The notes beneath the pieces are model-generated. The model was not told the origin of the DNA. It ran no database searches and saw nothing but the letters and a program-made list of their open reading frames with translations. A program made the translations under genes and the position numbers. Below are positions 25,516 through 38,881 of a DNA stretch of 64,000 nucleotides, one piece after another. The stretch is from contig OZ024745.1 in assembly GCA_964016885.1 (NCBI GenBank), positions 43,152,001-43,216,000 of the forward strand. Reading direction: 5' to 3'. Source of the DNA: Eledone cirrhosa (taxonomy: Eukaryota). Each line of letters opens with the position of its first letter. Position 1 is the stretch's first letter.

Positions 25516-26348
25516 AATACCATCTCATATCTCAAATTTCATATATTCAATATAAATTTAATGCTTCATCCCAGGTTGTGATGAATTTGTCACAATTAGT
25601 GAGGATTTCAAGATGAAATAAATATTACCTGATATTGTATATATATGTATGGACCTGTAACTCCTGATAGAGTCAAAGGAGTGCCATAGTGACATACAGT
25701 ATATCTTGGGCAAAGCCCATGCCCTCTTGAAGTCTGTAAACAGCTCATTTCTTCCAGAGAAGGAGAAAGTGATAGAGGACATACTTTTTTATTGACCTCT
25801 AAAGGATGAAAGGTAGTAGCAATTGTAATTTATATTTTCTGATTATTACCTTCTATATTTGGCTGTGTCTAACATGTTGTAGTTAAAGAAATTAAAAGTA
25901 TTACAATGTTAATGAACAGAAATAACTATGTGAATGATGCAGTCTTACACATTTCTTATTGAGACATGCTTTTCAGCATAGAGTTATGGCCCTGCACGTT
26001 CTGAGTTCAAATCCCGCTGAAGTTAGCTTTGCCTTTCATCCTTACGGGGTCGATAAATAAAGCATCAGTAACACACTGATCTAATTGACTTTCCCCTTCT
26101 CCGGCATATTGCTGGCCTTGTGCCTAAAATAGAAACAATTATTATTGACAAAACAGTTTCAATCCTGCCAAACTTTGTTTTTCATCCTTGTGGAATCAAT
26201 AAAAGAAAGTACCAGTCATATAGTTTAGTTGATTTAATCAACTTTGACCATTTCCAGAAATTTGCTGGCCTTGTGCCTAAATTAGAAATCAATATTATTG
26301 ACAAAAACTTGCCAATAAATTTTTTTAAATGCTTATTTTTATATATGA

Positions 26349-29026
26349 CTAGCATAGGCAACCGGCGTTGCCCGGGAATGAAATTGTTCCTTACATAGAA
26401 GAAAAGACCAAAATATGTTGTATAGAAATGTGTTATTCTAAATTCAATTTATTCTTCAATTGGGACACAATCAATTCTGAGTTCATAAAAAAAAAAATTG
26501 TTGTGAGCAAAATAAATTTCCAATTTCATGGAGGAGAAAGGATTGTGTGTGTATTCACCTTTAACCAAAGGAAGCAAATGTTGTTAGGACAAATAAGTAA
26601 AGGTAAACCGAGCTTGTTAAGAAGAGCGATAACGTACCTGTCTGTCCACTGAAGCGCTTATAACACTGATTTAGCGGATGCTGGAGAATTTGAATTTACC
26701 ATTGCGGTAGCCATCAAACAATTTTAAGTAAGGCCCCTTAAATAGGGTTGTGTGTGGGTTCACTGACAGCCCTAAAAATGAGGGGTCACCATCAACAATT
26801 TCAGCTCTAAAAAGGGCCGTTTGATCGTTCACTTGCAGCCCTTGAAAGGACTTTGACTGCGTTCTCCAACGGCCGCAAAAGGACTTCAGTTGCGTTCATT
26901 GGCAGCCATTAGAATTACTGTACGCGTTCACAATTTGTTCAGCCGCCTTAAATTGCCACGCCGATTGTCAAGCTGGATTCCTCTCTGAAGGCGATCACCT
27001 TAAACCGAGGGAAAAATACGTTTTAGTTAAGAGACTGTTTAAAAGCTCATCAGGCTGGCTAAAGAAATGGTGATTACGGACCTATCTCCTTGCTGTTGCA
27101 TTTACAACACCTTGTAAACAATGTTTCTTGTTTTTCCTCGGCGTGCAAATGCGAAAAGACGTTCCCTGCTGCCCACTCTAGAGCACCCAACGTACAATTG
27201 TCCGTGGGAGAAACACGGTTCTTCCAGAAGAAGTCTGGCCCTGGGACTTGTTGATGGACATAGCAAAACTGACCCGAAGCGGAAATTGGAGTCTTCGGAA
27301 GGTGAACAGAATTTCTGCTCCAGAAGGAATGAGAGGAATTCTCGGAATGAAGACATCACCTTTTCCGCATCCAGAAAGGATTGTTGCAACGATTACATGT
27401 GCCATCAATTCTTTTACAGCCAGCCGTGTCCCGTTGCACAGTCTTGGTGGTTCCAAATTCTGCAGCAGCATTACAGGGGGTGCCAACTTTAAGGAGAAGC
27501 ATGTGAAGCGGTAGTCCTGGGGGCTCCAAAGAATTGAGGAACTCCGACGGAAAGTTCACCACTTCATTGGGATCTGGCATCGTGTCAACAGATTTGTAAG
27601 TGTGAAGAACACCAGGAAGGGAGAGCAGTAGTTGGTCGTTGGTTTTGTTAACAGCAATGTTTTTTGGAGCGAGCACTGCTCTTTCACACAACCATGCGTG
27701 GTTCTGGTAATTGTCTCTCAAATCTGGAAACACCTTGTCTTTTAGCTCCCCCGCAGAATTAACTGAGGTCGAAAATGGCCACACTTCCAGCTCTCTTGCA
27801 GCGTCCAGAGGTATTTTGCCATTGCCAAGTTTCAAAATGTCCTGAGCAAATTCCGCGGATGTTTGGTCGCCGTGTATTTGAGCTCTCATGTTGGTTGTAA
27901 GAATCAGTGTCCTGACATGGCGCCACAGAGGAGAGGAGAGGACTTTAGGCATGCTTGGACCTCATCTGCTCTTGTGCCTTTGGGAATAACGGGAAGAGTC
28001 TGCCTGAAGTCACCCGAAAGCAGAAGCGTAACACTTCCCATGGGAGCCTGGCAACCTCTGATGTCCTTTAGAGCTCTGTTTAATCTGTCCAGAGCTCCCT
28101 TATGGGCCATGGTGCACTCATCCCACACAATGAGCTGACATCATTTTAGGACTTGACCCTGGTCGGAGGTCTTGCTGATGCTGCAAGTAGGTGTTTCTGA
28201 CGTTGTTAAATTGAGAGGCAATTTAAAACTGAAGTGTGTGGTCCTGCCACCGGGCAGTAAAGTGGCAGCAATTCCAGAAGAGGCAACAGCAACCACAATG
28301 TCCTTGTGCATCCCGACTTTTGCAAGGAGGAGTCTCGTTAAAAATGTTTTGCCCGTCCCTGCAGGAGCATCCAGAAAGAACATACCTCCTTTTCTGTGGC
28401 GCACATGATCGGCAACAATGGTGTAAGCACGACGTTGGTCCGGAAGAAGTTGTGGTTCAGTTTCAAGGACGTACTTGGTAAGAGGATCGACGACGTAGGA
28501 CGTTTCTCGGAGAAGAGCTGTAGGAAGTACGCTTGACCCTGTACGGATTGTTTGGGGCAGACAATATGAGGGCAAACGCCACACTCACGTACACACACGC
28601 ACACGTGTTAATTAGTTATAGCTTTCCTTCCCCTCTTCCACTGTCATGAATCAAACACAGCGTCTGTCGCTCTCTCTCTCGCTATCCCCCTCTTTTTGTC
28701 TGTTTCTTTCACTCTCACTCTTTCTCTCTATAACTCACTCACATTTCTCCCCTCTATCGAAAAATGCTGTGACGAATGGGGAGATGGAGTAGGAGTAGAG
28801 AGCCACTTCGTTTCTTTCTCTCCCCTCTCACTCCCTCATTATGTACAAACATTGGCCACTTCACTAATTCGATCGCTAGGACTAAATAATTTGAACATTT
28901 TTTTTGCTCAAAACACTCACAGGGCCATACGTATTACATGTGTAACGTTTGAAAAAAAACCGGTTGGGTAGTTCTCGAGTTTTAGGGAAACAGATACACA
29001 GACATTCTTTGTTTTATATATATAGA
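26349..29026 (-). mobile_element. Internally deleted Helitron with PIF1 helicase pseudogene
   Basis: Minus-strand 5' end TCTATATATATAAAAC, and 3' end CCCGGGCAACGCCGGTTGCC..CTAG, inserted between A and T. Frameshifted helicase motifs FFLDAPAGTGKTFL, WDECTMAH, GDFRQTLPV, LCNGTRL, FAMSINKSQGQT and GQLYVGCSRV lie at 27102-28560. Confidence 0.92.
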
Positions 29027-31993
29027 TGATGATGATGATTATATATTCTGTATTACAATTTCTGAACAAAAGTATTGTTGGTTACAAGTTTTCACTGGGT
29101 CACTGCATTTCTGAGTACCAAGGGAGCTCTTATAACTCCGTGTAAAATATTTCATTTGAAGAGCAAGAGCACTAGTTTTTCACCAATATTTACATCCTTC
29201 AATATAAGATATAGACTTAAATACATACATATCATCATTGTTTTTGTCTACTTTTTCATGCTTGCATGGGTTGGATGGGATCTTTTGAGACAATGTTTAA
29301 CAAGGATACATATAGTTATATATACACACACACAATAGTCACTGAAGTCATGTATGTACATACAGAAACAAACTTTCAAAATTTTCTAAATTGCTTTACA
29401 TAAAATATTTTATTTTACATTAACATTAAGGAAGCATAATATATTTTTTACCTTTTTGAGATGACTAACTTTGGCTTGCTGATTCTATATTTAACTTGTC
29501 AAATTACAATTGTGCTATAATTTATTTAATTCATAAATGAAATCAAATTTGAAATATCTCCACAGTAGATTTGACCTATTGACTTTGGAGGAGAAAAATG
29601 AGGCTTAAAACATAGCAATATAAATAAAATAGTTCCAACTAGGAATCAATGAAGTTGATGCCTTGAATCAGGACTTTATTTCTTTAACTCTAGCATGGAA
29701 AACTGATGTTAAGTCATAATGATCTGTAAAATGGTTGTCAAAGATATGGCAACCTTCCTAGTGTTACAATAAAATGCACTTAGGATCATATGTAAGCAAG
29801 TTTCAGCACTCAGTGTAGGAATGTATGGGATGCAGGCTCCCAATCCCTCTGTGGGATTAGTAACTCCACTTGAGGACCAACCTGATCTGCTAATGACTTG
29901 TCTAACCCATGCTAGCAGGAAAAGTGGACATTAAATGATGATGATGATGATGTCTGCCAATCATGACATATCACTATTTTACTTCTTACATTGCTTATAT
30001 TTTTGGTAAAGACATGGCCATTACTAGCTGTAATTGTATTTCTGAAATTTGTAATTACATCATCACCATTATTGTTTAATGTCCCCTTTCCCTGTTAGCA
30101 AAGGTTGGAGAGATCATCAACTGACCAGGTTGGTACTCAAGTAGAAGTACTGACCTCGTAGGTGGACAGGGAGCCTGCATCTCTCATATGTTCCTACACT
30201 CTTCCTGGTGATTAAATGGGCTGGAAGCCTACAACTTTCTTGCATATGATCCCACATTCTACCAAGTGCATTTTAATGTGATCATTTAGAAACAGTTTAA
30301 TCTCAATTCATAATTAAGGACTATCTATATGTAACTATCAGACTATAATGTCATAAAAAATAGAAATATTACTTACCCATTTTTTTCTGTCAACATCCCC
30401 TAACATTTCCATCAAATGCAGGTCCACAATATAAGAGATTTTGTACACTCAACACTGGGAAATTTGATTTTGCCATTGGTATCTATCCATGTGAAGTTGA
30501 GCAGTTTCATTTCAAATCAACAATTGCATCTGCTTAATCACTAACCTGTGGAATGTATGTCGTTTGCAAAACTCCTCTGACATGATAAATCTCTGCAGCT
30601 CCACTTTTGTGATTCAAGAGTGGCTGGTTGAATATTTCGTTTTGTCAAAGTATGTCCAATGAAATAATGAAAAGCTAACAGCAAGAGCATAGACTTTCTC
30701 AGTTGATAATATTTTACTTGCACATAGCATAACTGATAAGAACGTTGAAACTCTGCATAGAAAAAAAGGTTTGTACATTCAATCCTAGGCACCTAATCAG
30801 AAATAGAGGCTAAAAAAAACCCTCAGATAAAGTTACTAATTTTCATTAGTACCATTAGTTGGTACTAATGAAAAATAGTAACTTATCTAGTTAGTAATTT
30901 GACTTTGTAATGAAGGATATGTAGATGACAAAAGTATGGAGGCTTATCACTGCTTTATTCATGGCAAATTTCTATGGCTGGATGCCTTTCTTGATGTCAC
31001 TCCATTCTTTTTAGTATGGTAGAGATTTGCTGACGTAAGTGTTTTGGAGGCTAAGACACGTACATACAACTGACAGGCAATCACTCCTTCTAGCTAAGTT
31101 GAGTTTAATGAACATTTCTATGGCAGTATACTAAAAAGTGTACATAGAAAAGTTCATTTACTTTTGGATAGATTTAACATTTGTTCTTTGACAAGTAATT
31201 AGGTACCTAGTTAGTCTATTAAGCACATGGACACAACTATTCAAACTCTGGCTAAATAATAATTCTTTCTAACATTGGCATAAGGACAGCAATTGGGGGG
31301 GATGCGAGAAGGTTGATTATATAAACCCAGTACTCAACTGGTACTTTGTTTTATTGACCCTGGAAAGATGAAAGGCAGTTGACCTTGGAGGGATTTGAAC
31401 TCAGAACATAGAGCTGTAAATAAATGCTGCAAAGCACTTTGTCCAATATTCTAATGACTCTGGCAATCCACCACCCTAAGACTAAATAATAATAATATTT
31501 TATGTCATATTTCCTATTCCATACCCATAAGGTAGGGCAGGCTCTTTAGTTAAGTCAATAACTGACAACCTCCCTTGTGTTGGTGACACAATAAAATGCA
31601 TCCAGTACACTCTGTAAAGTGGTTGGTTAGGAAGAGTTTCCAGCTGTAGAAACGAAGGCAAACAGTTGAGTGGATTCTTCAGTCATGACATGGTAACCTC
31701 TTTAGTGTTTGTGCCATGAAAAATGTACCCAGGTACACCCTGTAAAGTGAGTGATATGAAGGATGTTGCAAAAAACAGTTGGGGCATTCTGAAGAGAGTG
31801 AGTGGGTGCATATATGAGATGCAGTCCCCAGCCGATCTAAGAGGTCAGTAGCTCCAATTAAATTAATGACATGGTTTGTGATGCTTTGTTCAATCCTTGC
31901 TAGTAGGGGTAACGGATGCTAAATGAAAATGATTATGATAAAAAAAAAAAAAAAAAGAATTAAAAAAAAACTAATCCAAGAGCTCGTCAATGT

Positions 31994-32362
31994 CAGGGGT
32001 CTCAAACACAGCTTGCAAACTATTTTTCTATGGCCTGCAGCAGAACAATTTCCATGATTAATATTTTACTAAAACTTGGTAATTTTCCCTTGTGAATGTA
32101 TGTAGGTATGTATATATATATGAGCTTTTAAAGAAAATTTCTTCCCCAACATTTTGTACTAATTCACATATCCCACTTACTATCATATATATTCTTACTA
32201 TACATATTCATTTTGATAAAAAAAAACCTATCAGCTGTATTGCAGATTATCATTATAATTAATGGAAAACACCCCCCGCTTCAACTCATCTTACTTTTGG
32301 CCTGCTGTGCTTCTCCCTCCAGATGTAACGGTCCTTTTGAGTCCTTGCGTTTGAGACCCCTG
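31994..32362. mobile_element. hAT/Charlie-type MITE
   Basis: Perfect 14-bp TIRs CAGGGGTCTCAAAC / GTTTGAGACCCCTG. Degenerate 8-bp flanks GTCAATGT / GTTTAGGT. Confidence 0.8.
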
Positions 32363-32524
32363 GTTTAGGTGTTTAGTTAAAAGGATAATCTTAAAACTAA
32401 TCGAACTGAAAAAGAATCTGAAAGAAAACCCAAGACATAACTTTGTAGAAAGGATTCATATATTACAAAGCAAATACAGAGAACTTGGCCTGGAATGAAA
32501 TAGAAATTCTAAAATAATTTGTTC

Positions 32525-33691
32525 CTATCTTCTGTTTTGTCGACCTGTTATTCTTACTGTGGCAAGGCCAGGGTTTGTGTTTGTATTCATCTTAGTTTGA
32601 ACTGGCGGTAAAGTATTTCGTGGTATTGGCAAACGGCTGGGGCTTGTGGTTCCTGGAGGAGGGGGTGCTGAATACCCAGCAGGAGGAGGATAGTGTGGGG
32701 GTGGTGGTTGTTGGTACAAGTTAGCTGAAGGTTTTCCAGGAGTCATTGCCTTATAAGCCGATGAATCCGAGTAAGCTTGAGTTGGTGGTGGTGGATAATT
32801 GGGTTGATAACTGGTCTGTAAAGGTGGGGGATAGTTAGGGGCTTGGTAATTACCACCAAGATTGGGTGGTGGTGGAGGGGGTGGTGGACCACTTGTAGGA
32901 GGGACTGCTGTAGTACCCTGTGGAGGGTACGTACCAGGTGGAGCAGGAGGAGGGTATTGATACATATTGGCATTTTGTGGGGGCAAGGATCCTGGCGGTG
33001 GGTAGGGCCTGGTTGTTGGAGTAAAGGCAGCTGTTGGTTGCGGAGGGAACGGAGGAACTTGGTAAGAACCTGCTGGTGGTGGTGGGGGTGGATATTGAGT
33101 TGTTGGAGGGTTAACCGAACCAGACTGTATATCAGCTACTTGTGATGGTCGGCTCTGGCTGATTAAGGACTGAATAGACTGTGCTCCCTCATGTGACATA
33201 AAAGAGGAAGAATACATTTGTGATGTCATATATGGGTTATACTGGGAAAAGTTATCACTGTTGACATTTTGGTTGTCATTGACAGGAACCAGTGAGCCAG
33301 AAGGCTGGTTCACCATATTTTGACCTGTAATTGCTCCAATTGGTTGACCTATGTTTTGTCCAGGTAACTGTTGTGATATGGTTGGATTTTGCTGTTGAGA
33401 GGGTTGTGGTTGGAGTGTCAGGGGCTGTGATGTAGACTGAGCTGTTGCTGATGCTACAGATTTGGAAAATCCAGATGAAGGTGTACTTGAAGACATAGGG
33501 GAGGTCTTGGAGCTTGAACAAGTAGACTGCTGCTGCTGTTGTAGCTGTGACTGCTGGTGATGAACTGAGCTACGCTTGTTGTTGTTGTCGTCATTAACTG
33601 GCATCTCAGAGGAGGATGATGATGAAGAAGAAGCATCATTTCTTAAACTCCTGCTTTGTTTTGCAGGGGGTTCTGATGGAGATGGAGGGGT
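32525..33691 (-). CDS. CCNK: Cyclin K last exon (Ser/Gln- and Pro-rich tail)
   Basis: Acceptor TTTCCTATCAG|ACC in phase 0, 388 codons plus TAG, proline-rich as in animal Cyclin K. Exon chain on the minus strand: 43892-43756, 39958-39877, 38881-38750, 38028-37923, 37283-37226, 36403-36228, 34533-34391, 33691-32525, about 666 aa. Confidence 0.9.
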   Translation of the reverse strand, partial: TPPSPSEPPAKQSRSLRNDASSSSSSSSEMPVNDDNNNKRSSVHHQQSQLQQQQQSTCSSSKTSPMSSSTPSSGFSKSVASATAQSTSQPLTLQPQPSQQQNPTISQQLPGQNIGQPIGAITGQNMVNQPSGSLVPVNDNQNVNSDNFSQYNPYMTSQMYSSSFMSHEGAQSIQSLISQSRPSQVADIQSGSVNPPTTQYPPPPPPAGSYQVPPFPPQPTAAFTPTTRPYPPPGSLPPQNANMYQYPPPAPPGTYPPQGTTAVPPTSGPPPPPPPPNLGGNYQAPNYPPPLQTSYQPNYPPPPTQAYSDSSAYKAMTPGKPSANLYQQPPPPHYPPPAGYSAPPPPGTTSPSRLPIPRNTLPPVQTKMNTNTNPGLATVRITGRQNRR

Positions 33692-34390
33692 CTGATAGGA
33701 AAAATGTAAAAAAAAAAAGGTCTTATATTTCTTTAAAAGAATAGCATGGGGAAAAAGTTTTAAATCTATATTATTTATACAATTTAGAAACAATATAGGG
33801 CAGAGAGGACTCTTCAGTCTGTCCAAGTACATAACTTGTCTAGTGGTAGTGCCATGGAAAAATACACCCAGTATAGTCTGTGTTTTGAACCATGACAACC
33901 TGTCCAACCCATACCAGTATGGAAATTGAGCATATGATGATATTGCAAAGTAACTACAATGATATGACTATGTGAAATGACACCTGCTCCCTATGAGTAA
34001 ATATACTCATATATTTGGTAAAATTGGCTATGTTAACTGGAAAAGTTTCTGTACCTTGTCTATTGCTGTAATGTAAGACAAAATACTAAATACTTCTGGA
34101 GATACACAATTAAAAGTTGCAGTTTTGCTGAAGATATCAGTAAAAATAAGTTACTCACAAGTATAGAAACTACACACAAATGTAGCAAGAGTCTTAAAAT
34201 GGTGGTAAACTCTTCACAAGCTGAGTTATGAGCTGGCATAAATTCTTATATAAACCAATTCATTAACTTGGAGACCAGTTCCACCAGGAATATGATATGT
34301 TTATACAATAAATTTAAGCTTCAACTGAAGTGCTAAACTAAAAAGAGACATATTTTCCACACAAGGAAGAAAAAAAGTTAGTATAATTAC

Positions 34391-34533
34391 AGCCTTGGAT
34401 CTTTTAATAGCAGACATCTGTGGAGATTTACTAGATGATATGTTATTGCTTTGGCGTGGAGCATTCATGGGTGGAGATTCCTCCCGTTTCTGGGAGCTTG
34501 TAGAATATAAATCAAGAACTTGATGGCATATAT
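34391..34533 (-). CDS. CCNK: Cyclin K exon
   Basis: DICHQVLDLYS matches human DICHQILDLYS. The donor GCT|GTAATT is inferred from phase. Confidence 0.85.
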
Positions 34534-34619
34534 CTGCAAAATATATAAAAAACAAAAGTGCATAAAAGGTAAATAAAAACCAATACAAATCAGAAAAATA
34601 TCATTTTGGCTATGAAAGA

Positions 34620-34835
34620 TTAACCCTTCAACATTTGCATTACTCAATATTTACCTATTGTATTTTCATGGTAAAGGTTTATCTCATATAATATCGAATC
34701 TATGAGATTTTGATATTATTTATTTTGAGAACAATACCTTAACGTCAGTATGAGTGGCCGATCATGGCCAGTTTGAACAGAAAGAGGTGAGAGAATTCTG
34801 GCCAGATACAGCTGGTTTAAATGCTAAAGGGTTAA
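34620..34835. mobile_element. TTAA-flanked (piggyBac-like) MITE
   Basis: TTAA-CCCTT...AAAGGG-TTAA. A second copy in opposite orientation is at 55915-56143. Confidence 0.7.
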
Positions 34836-35241
34836 AAATAAAACTGAACATATTCTTGTCTTTTTGAAGTTTACAGTTACTTTTGTACTTGAAATATTTG
34901 AGACTCAAGTGATATGAGCAGGTTAGAAAAGTCTGCTCTTGCTTTCTTTGGGTGCACACACACACACACACACAAAACAATAATAGTAATTAATAATGCT
35001 AGAGAAGACCCGCCTACTCATACAAAAATGATCATTGAAATGGTGGTGGATATATTTATATTTCTTGTTAAGTCCACATCCATTGCCCTCCTCCATCGTT
35101 TTTATTCTCTTCTCTATCACTAACCTTCTTTCCTATTTTTATTTACTAGACCATCTGTACAATGAAGGATGGTATATTGTATCTGTTTGTATCCAACTCT
35201 CCTACCATCAACTTTTAACACTGTCTCCCTTCCATCATAAT

Positions 35242-35416
35242 TGTTTCTACTTTTGGCACAAGGCCAGCAATTACTCAGTGCATTACTGGTACTTTATTTT
35301 TATCGACCCCGTAAGGATGAAAGCAAAGTTAACCTCGGCGGGATTTGAACTCAGACCATAAAGGACCGTAACTCTATGCTGCAAAGCATGGCATCCGACT
35401 CTACCGATACTGCCAA
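35242..35416 (-). mobile_element. tRNA-derived SINE (second family), young copy
   Basis: Perfect 12-bp target-site duplication TTCCATCATAAT at 35230-35241 and 35417-35428. Confidence 0.85.
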
Positions 35417-36227
35417 TTCCATCATAATGATATCAAGTCTGTCCATATTCAATCTGTACCCCCCCCTATCATGGTTTTCTCTTATATTAACCCACTCAGT
35501 CAGGTTTGTTTTGAATGGACAGGCACAATGTGAGCTGGCAAATTAGCAGAGCCATTAGAACATTGGATATAATGTTTTGTGGTATTCATTTCATTTTGTC
35601 TTTTATCCTTGAGGTTGATAAAAAACGTACCAGTTGAGTACTGGAGTTGATTCTTCCTTTATATTTCACTTCTTCTCTATCCCCCCTCTCCTTCTCTGAA
35701 AGAAATTGGCTGTGTTCACACCTGGAGAGGAGATGGGCTCCGACAGGCTTTAAAATGGTCAAGAAATGGTGTATGTCACTACAGCGCCCATACAACTCTA
35801 TACATAACAGAGACAATGTATAGAAGAGAAAACTCAATTTTGTATGAGGCAAAGCAACTTTTCTAGTGCTGGTGTCAATATATAATGCTTCCAGAATATT
35901 CTGTAAAGTGGTTGGTGTTAGGAAGCCAAGCCAAAAAGGAATGTACAAGTAAGATGTAATTCTCTGACCCATCTGGAAAGGCAGTAGTTCCAAAAAAGAA
36001 GTGACTGTAACAACCTGTCCAATCCATGCTGGCATGGGTTGGACAGATGTAAAATGATGATGAATAAATAGAAGTAAGCATCATTTTAATTATTAAGTCA
36101 CAGCTCTTCATTTATTAAATCCTATGAGAAATATACTTCCTTTCACTTACTTTAACTGTTGGTTTAATGTGACAAAAAAAAAAAAAAAATCAAAGTTAAA
36201 AAAAAATCAACTGAAAACATTACAAAC

Positions 36228-36403
36228 CTTCCATAAGTTCCATAGTAATACCTTCTACAAACCATTCCCACCATTTCATTCGACTACCAGGTGGTTTACC
36301 GTCCCACTCTTGTATATCAAATTTTGAAAGGCGACTGGCCAGATACATGAGTGACACAGCAATAATCTCTGCTTCCCACTGCAGACACAGAGTTGTACAT
36401 AAA
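36228..36403 (-). CDS. CCNK: Cyclin K exon
   Basis: [34 protein letters not shown]. Canonical AG/GT borders. Confidence 0.93.
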
Positions 36404-37225
36404 CTGAAATGATACAACAACATTATTTACATACTGAAATAAAGAAATAAAATACACACAACTTTTACTGCTTTCAACATCTTTATCCATGTATTAGTAG
36501 TATCCATTAGACTAGTTCTCATTTTCCCATGCATCCCCATCTTGTATCTCTCATCATTCAATATTTTTTTAAATTTGACTTAACAGTTTCCTACCATTTT
36601 ATAAAGTCAACCCTGAACCATACAATCTACACTATAAACACACCACACGTTCTCACCCAACACTTCATTCACCCCAGTACAACCTTTTCTCTTGCACATA
36701 CCAATCATCAATTTTTTCTATGCCATCTCTTTATAGTTTAATAGACTGAGTTTCATATATTTCACATGGAGACAATACACTTCTGTTGCCAACTCGGCCA
36801 ATATAGTATTTAAATATCTTAAAATATTAAACAGTTTTAAAGATAATATTTCTTGCATAGATAGACTGATGACTTGTGTGTAGCTAATGGAACACAAAGG
36901 AACAGGAATTAGCACTGTAATTTTGACCTTGTATGTAGTTATCTTAACCAACTCAAGAGGAAACTTAGTATTTGGTTATAAAACTGTTTTTAAGAATATA
37001 TGCAAAGATCTGATATTGCAAACATGTTCAACATACATACAGAAAACATGGAAGAGGTGAAAGCTAAAATGTATAATGGATCAATAACATGAAATAGAAA
37101 TAGTTGATATGTATTTTCATTTCTCATATTCACAGTTCAAATATATTTTATTAAATTATGCTTTTTCTTGTGATCCTTAAATCATTTCCTTTAATATAAG
37201 ATGAAAAAGAGAACTAAACACTTAC

Positions 37226-37283
37226 TGGTCATTGATAAAAGTCCAAGCCATTTGTACCATACTCTGTATTTTAGCTTTATCTC
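37226..37283 (-). CDS. CCNK: Cyclin K exon
   Basis: GDKAKIQSMVQMAWTFIND matches human GDKNKIQKLVQMAWTFVND. Confidence 0.92.
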
Positions 37284-37922
37284 CTAAAATAAAAAAAAAG
37301 GGAGAAATATGTATTTATATTGTTAAAGGTACAGTTAGCAATGAAAACAGTTCTGATCCCTATAATGGTTCCTTAGACATAGGAGATAGTTTCAAGAAAT
37401 CCAATAACTTTCTTCTTGTAGGTGTATGGATCTTATCAAGGATATACAAAAATCGGCATCTACTGCTTGTCTGTGGACAAGGTAATAAAAAGCTACAAAA
37501 TAATGATTTGGTCATTCATGTTGAGGGTTAGTACTTCAGGCAGAGGTTTGTATGTACCTAGGGTTAGTACCCTTGATTTAGTCCTCCAGTCTGAATGTTG
37601 TGTTAGTAGCCCTGATTTGGTTCTTCAGGTTGACTAGTGCATTATGGGAAAAGATTGGTATACAGAAACTATGTGGCAGCCTGTCATATATAGTTTCTGG
37701 TAGTTGTATTGATTAGGTATTAATCACTGCAGAGTAATATAGAAACTAGGTAATATGATAACAAAGGTGCAGTAACTCTAAACTGGTCTAAACTGGAACT
37801 GACACAGACTGTGACAATCCATCAACCAATGCCAGCATGGAAAATAGACATAAACTGATGATGCATCAACATTTTCATCTTATACTTTCTAAAATTTCAA
37901 GAACAAGGAGAAATTTGCTTAC

Positions 37923-38028
37923 CTTTTAAAATTTTGGCAAATTTTAGAAGAAAACTATATGGATGCTCCAAGCGCAAGTCAAATTTGATTGTCTGCAACA
38001 AAATTCTTTCAAGAGTCATCACTTCTTC
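37923..38028 (-). CDS. CCNK: Cyclin K exon
   Basis: [35 protein letters not shown]. Confidence 0.94.
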
Positions 38029-38749
38029 CTAAAAATGAGAACAAAAATGAGAAAATCCCTGACAAGGAGAGAGAGATTTCAATTGAGAATGGAAAAATTA
38101 CACATTTGCCTCTGCATTTTTGCATTGTCTGCCATTCACACAGTAGGATAACTAAAATCTTTTATACAAGTCACTGATAGAAACAAGGAAGCTTCTATGC
38201 CACATATTAATCTTGATGAAGCAGTGAAATCTTCCATGATCCAAATTTCTATAATTTCAAAAATTTGAATTAATAAGCCATCTGTATTTGTTTTTAGAAT
38301 GAGTATACTATATTCCAGTTCTCAGACTAGGTACATTGTATCCCAGTTTTTTAGAATAGGTACATTGCATACCTGTGTGTCATAGGAGTTGACTAAAAGT
38401 AATGGCATTTGGCTGTAAAATGATGTTCTATGTGATAATCCTTATAATACCCAAAACAATGATAAGACAACTATAGAGCTAACATCAAACACTATAATTT
38501 GTTACAAGTTAGACAAATCACGACATACGTGTGTTGAATGAGATGTCTCATTCAATGCCATGTTATGGATTTTCACAACCAGGTAAAAAACCCTGATAAC
38601 ATCACTAAAAGAATATCTAATTATCATCTTTGAATTACCTTTTTATCAATAGCTTCCCCATACACAACAGTTTCATAAAAAGTAAATTGTAAATGTAAAG
38701 AGATTAAAAATTACTTAAAGAATATTTTCTAAATGCTTTCATCACTTAC

Positions 38750-38881
38750 TTTAGGATCATCTCCAAAAACAGTAAACTGCTGAGGTGTCAGTAAACTTTG
38801 ACAAATTTTAATGATATCTTTACATTTTTTGGGTGTCTCTTCAACCTTTCCAGCAAGGAATAAGCAACAAGCTCCAGTTAC
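38750..38881 (-). CDS. CCNK: Cyclin K exon (cyclin box)
   Basis: [31 protein letters not shown]. Confidence 0.95.

Noticed and set aside
33692-33907. N-terminal 72 aa of the 460-aa ORF 32525-33907
   Set aside because: Intronic read-through upstream of the CCNK acceptor at 33692-33693. It overlaps a repeat.
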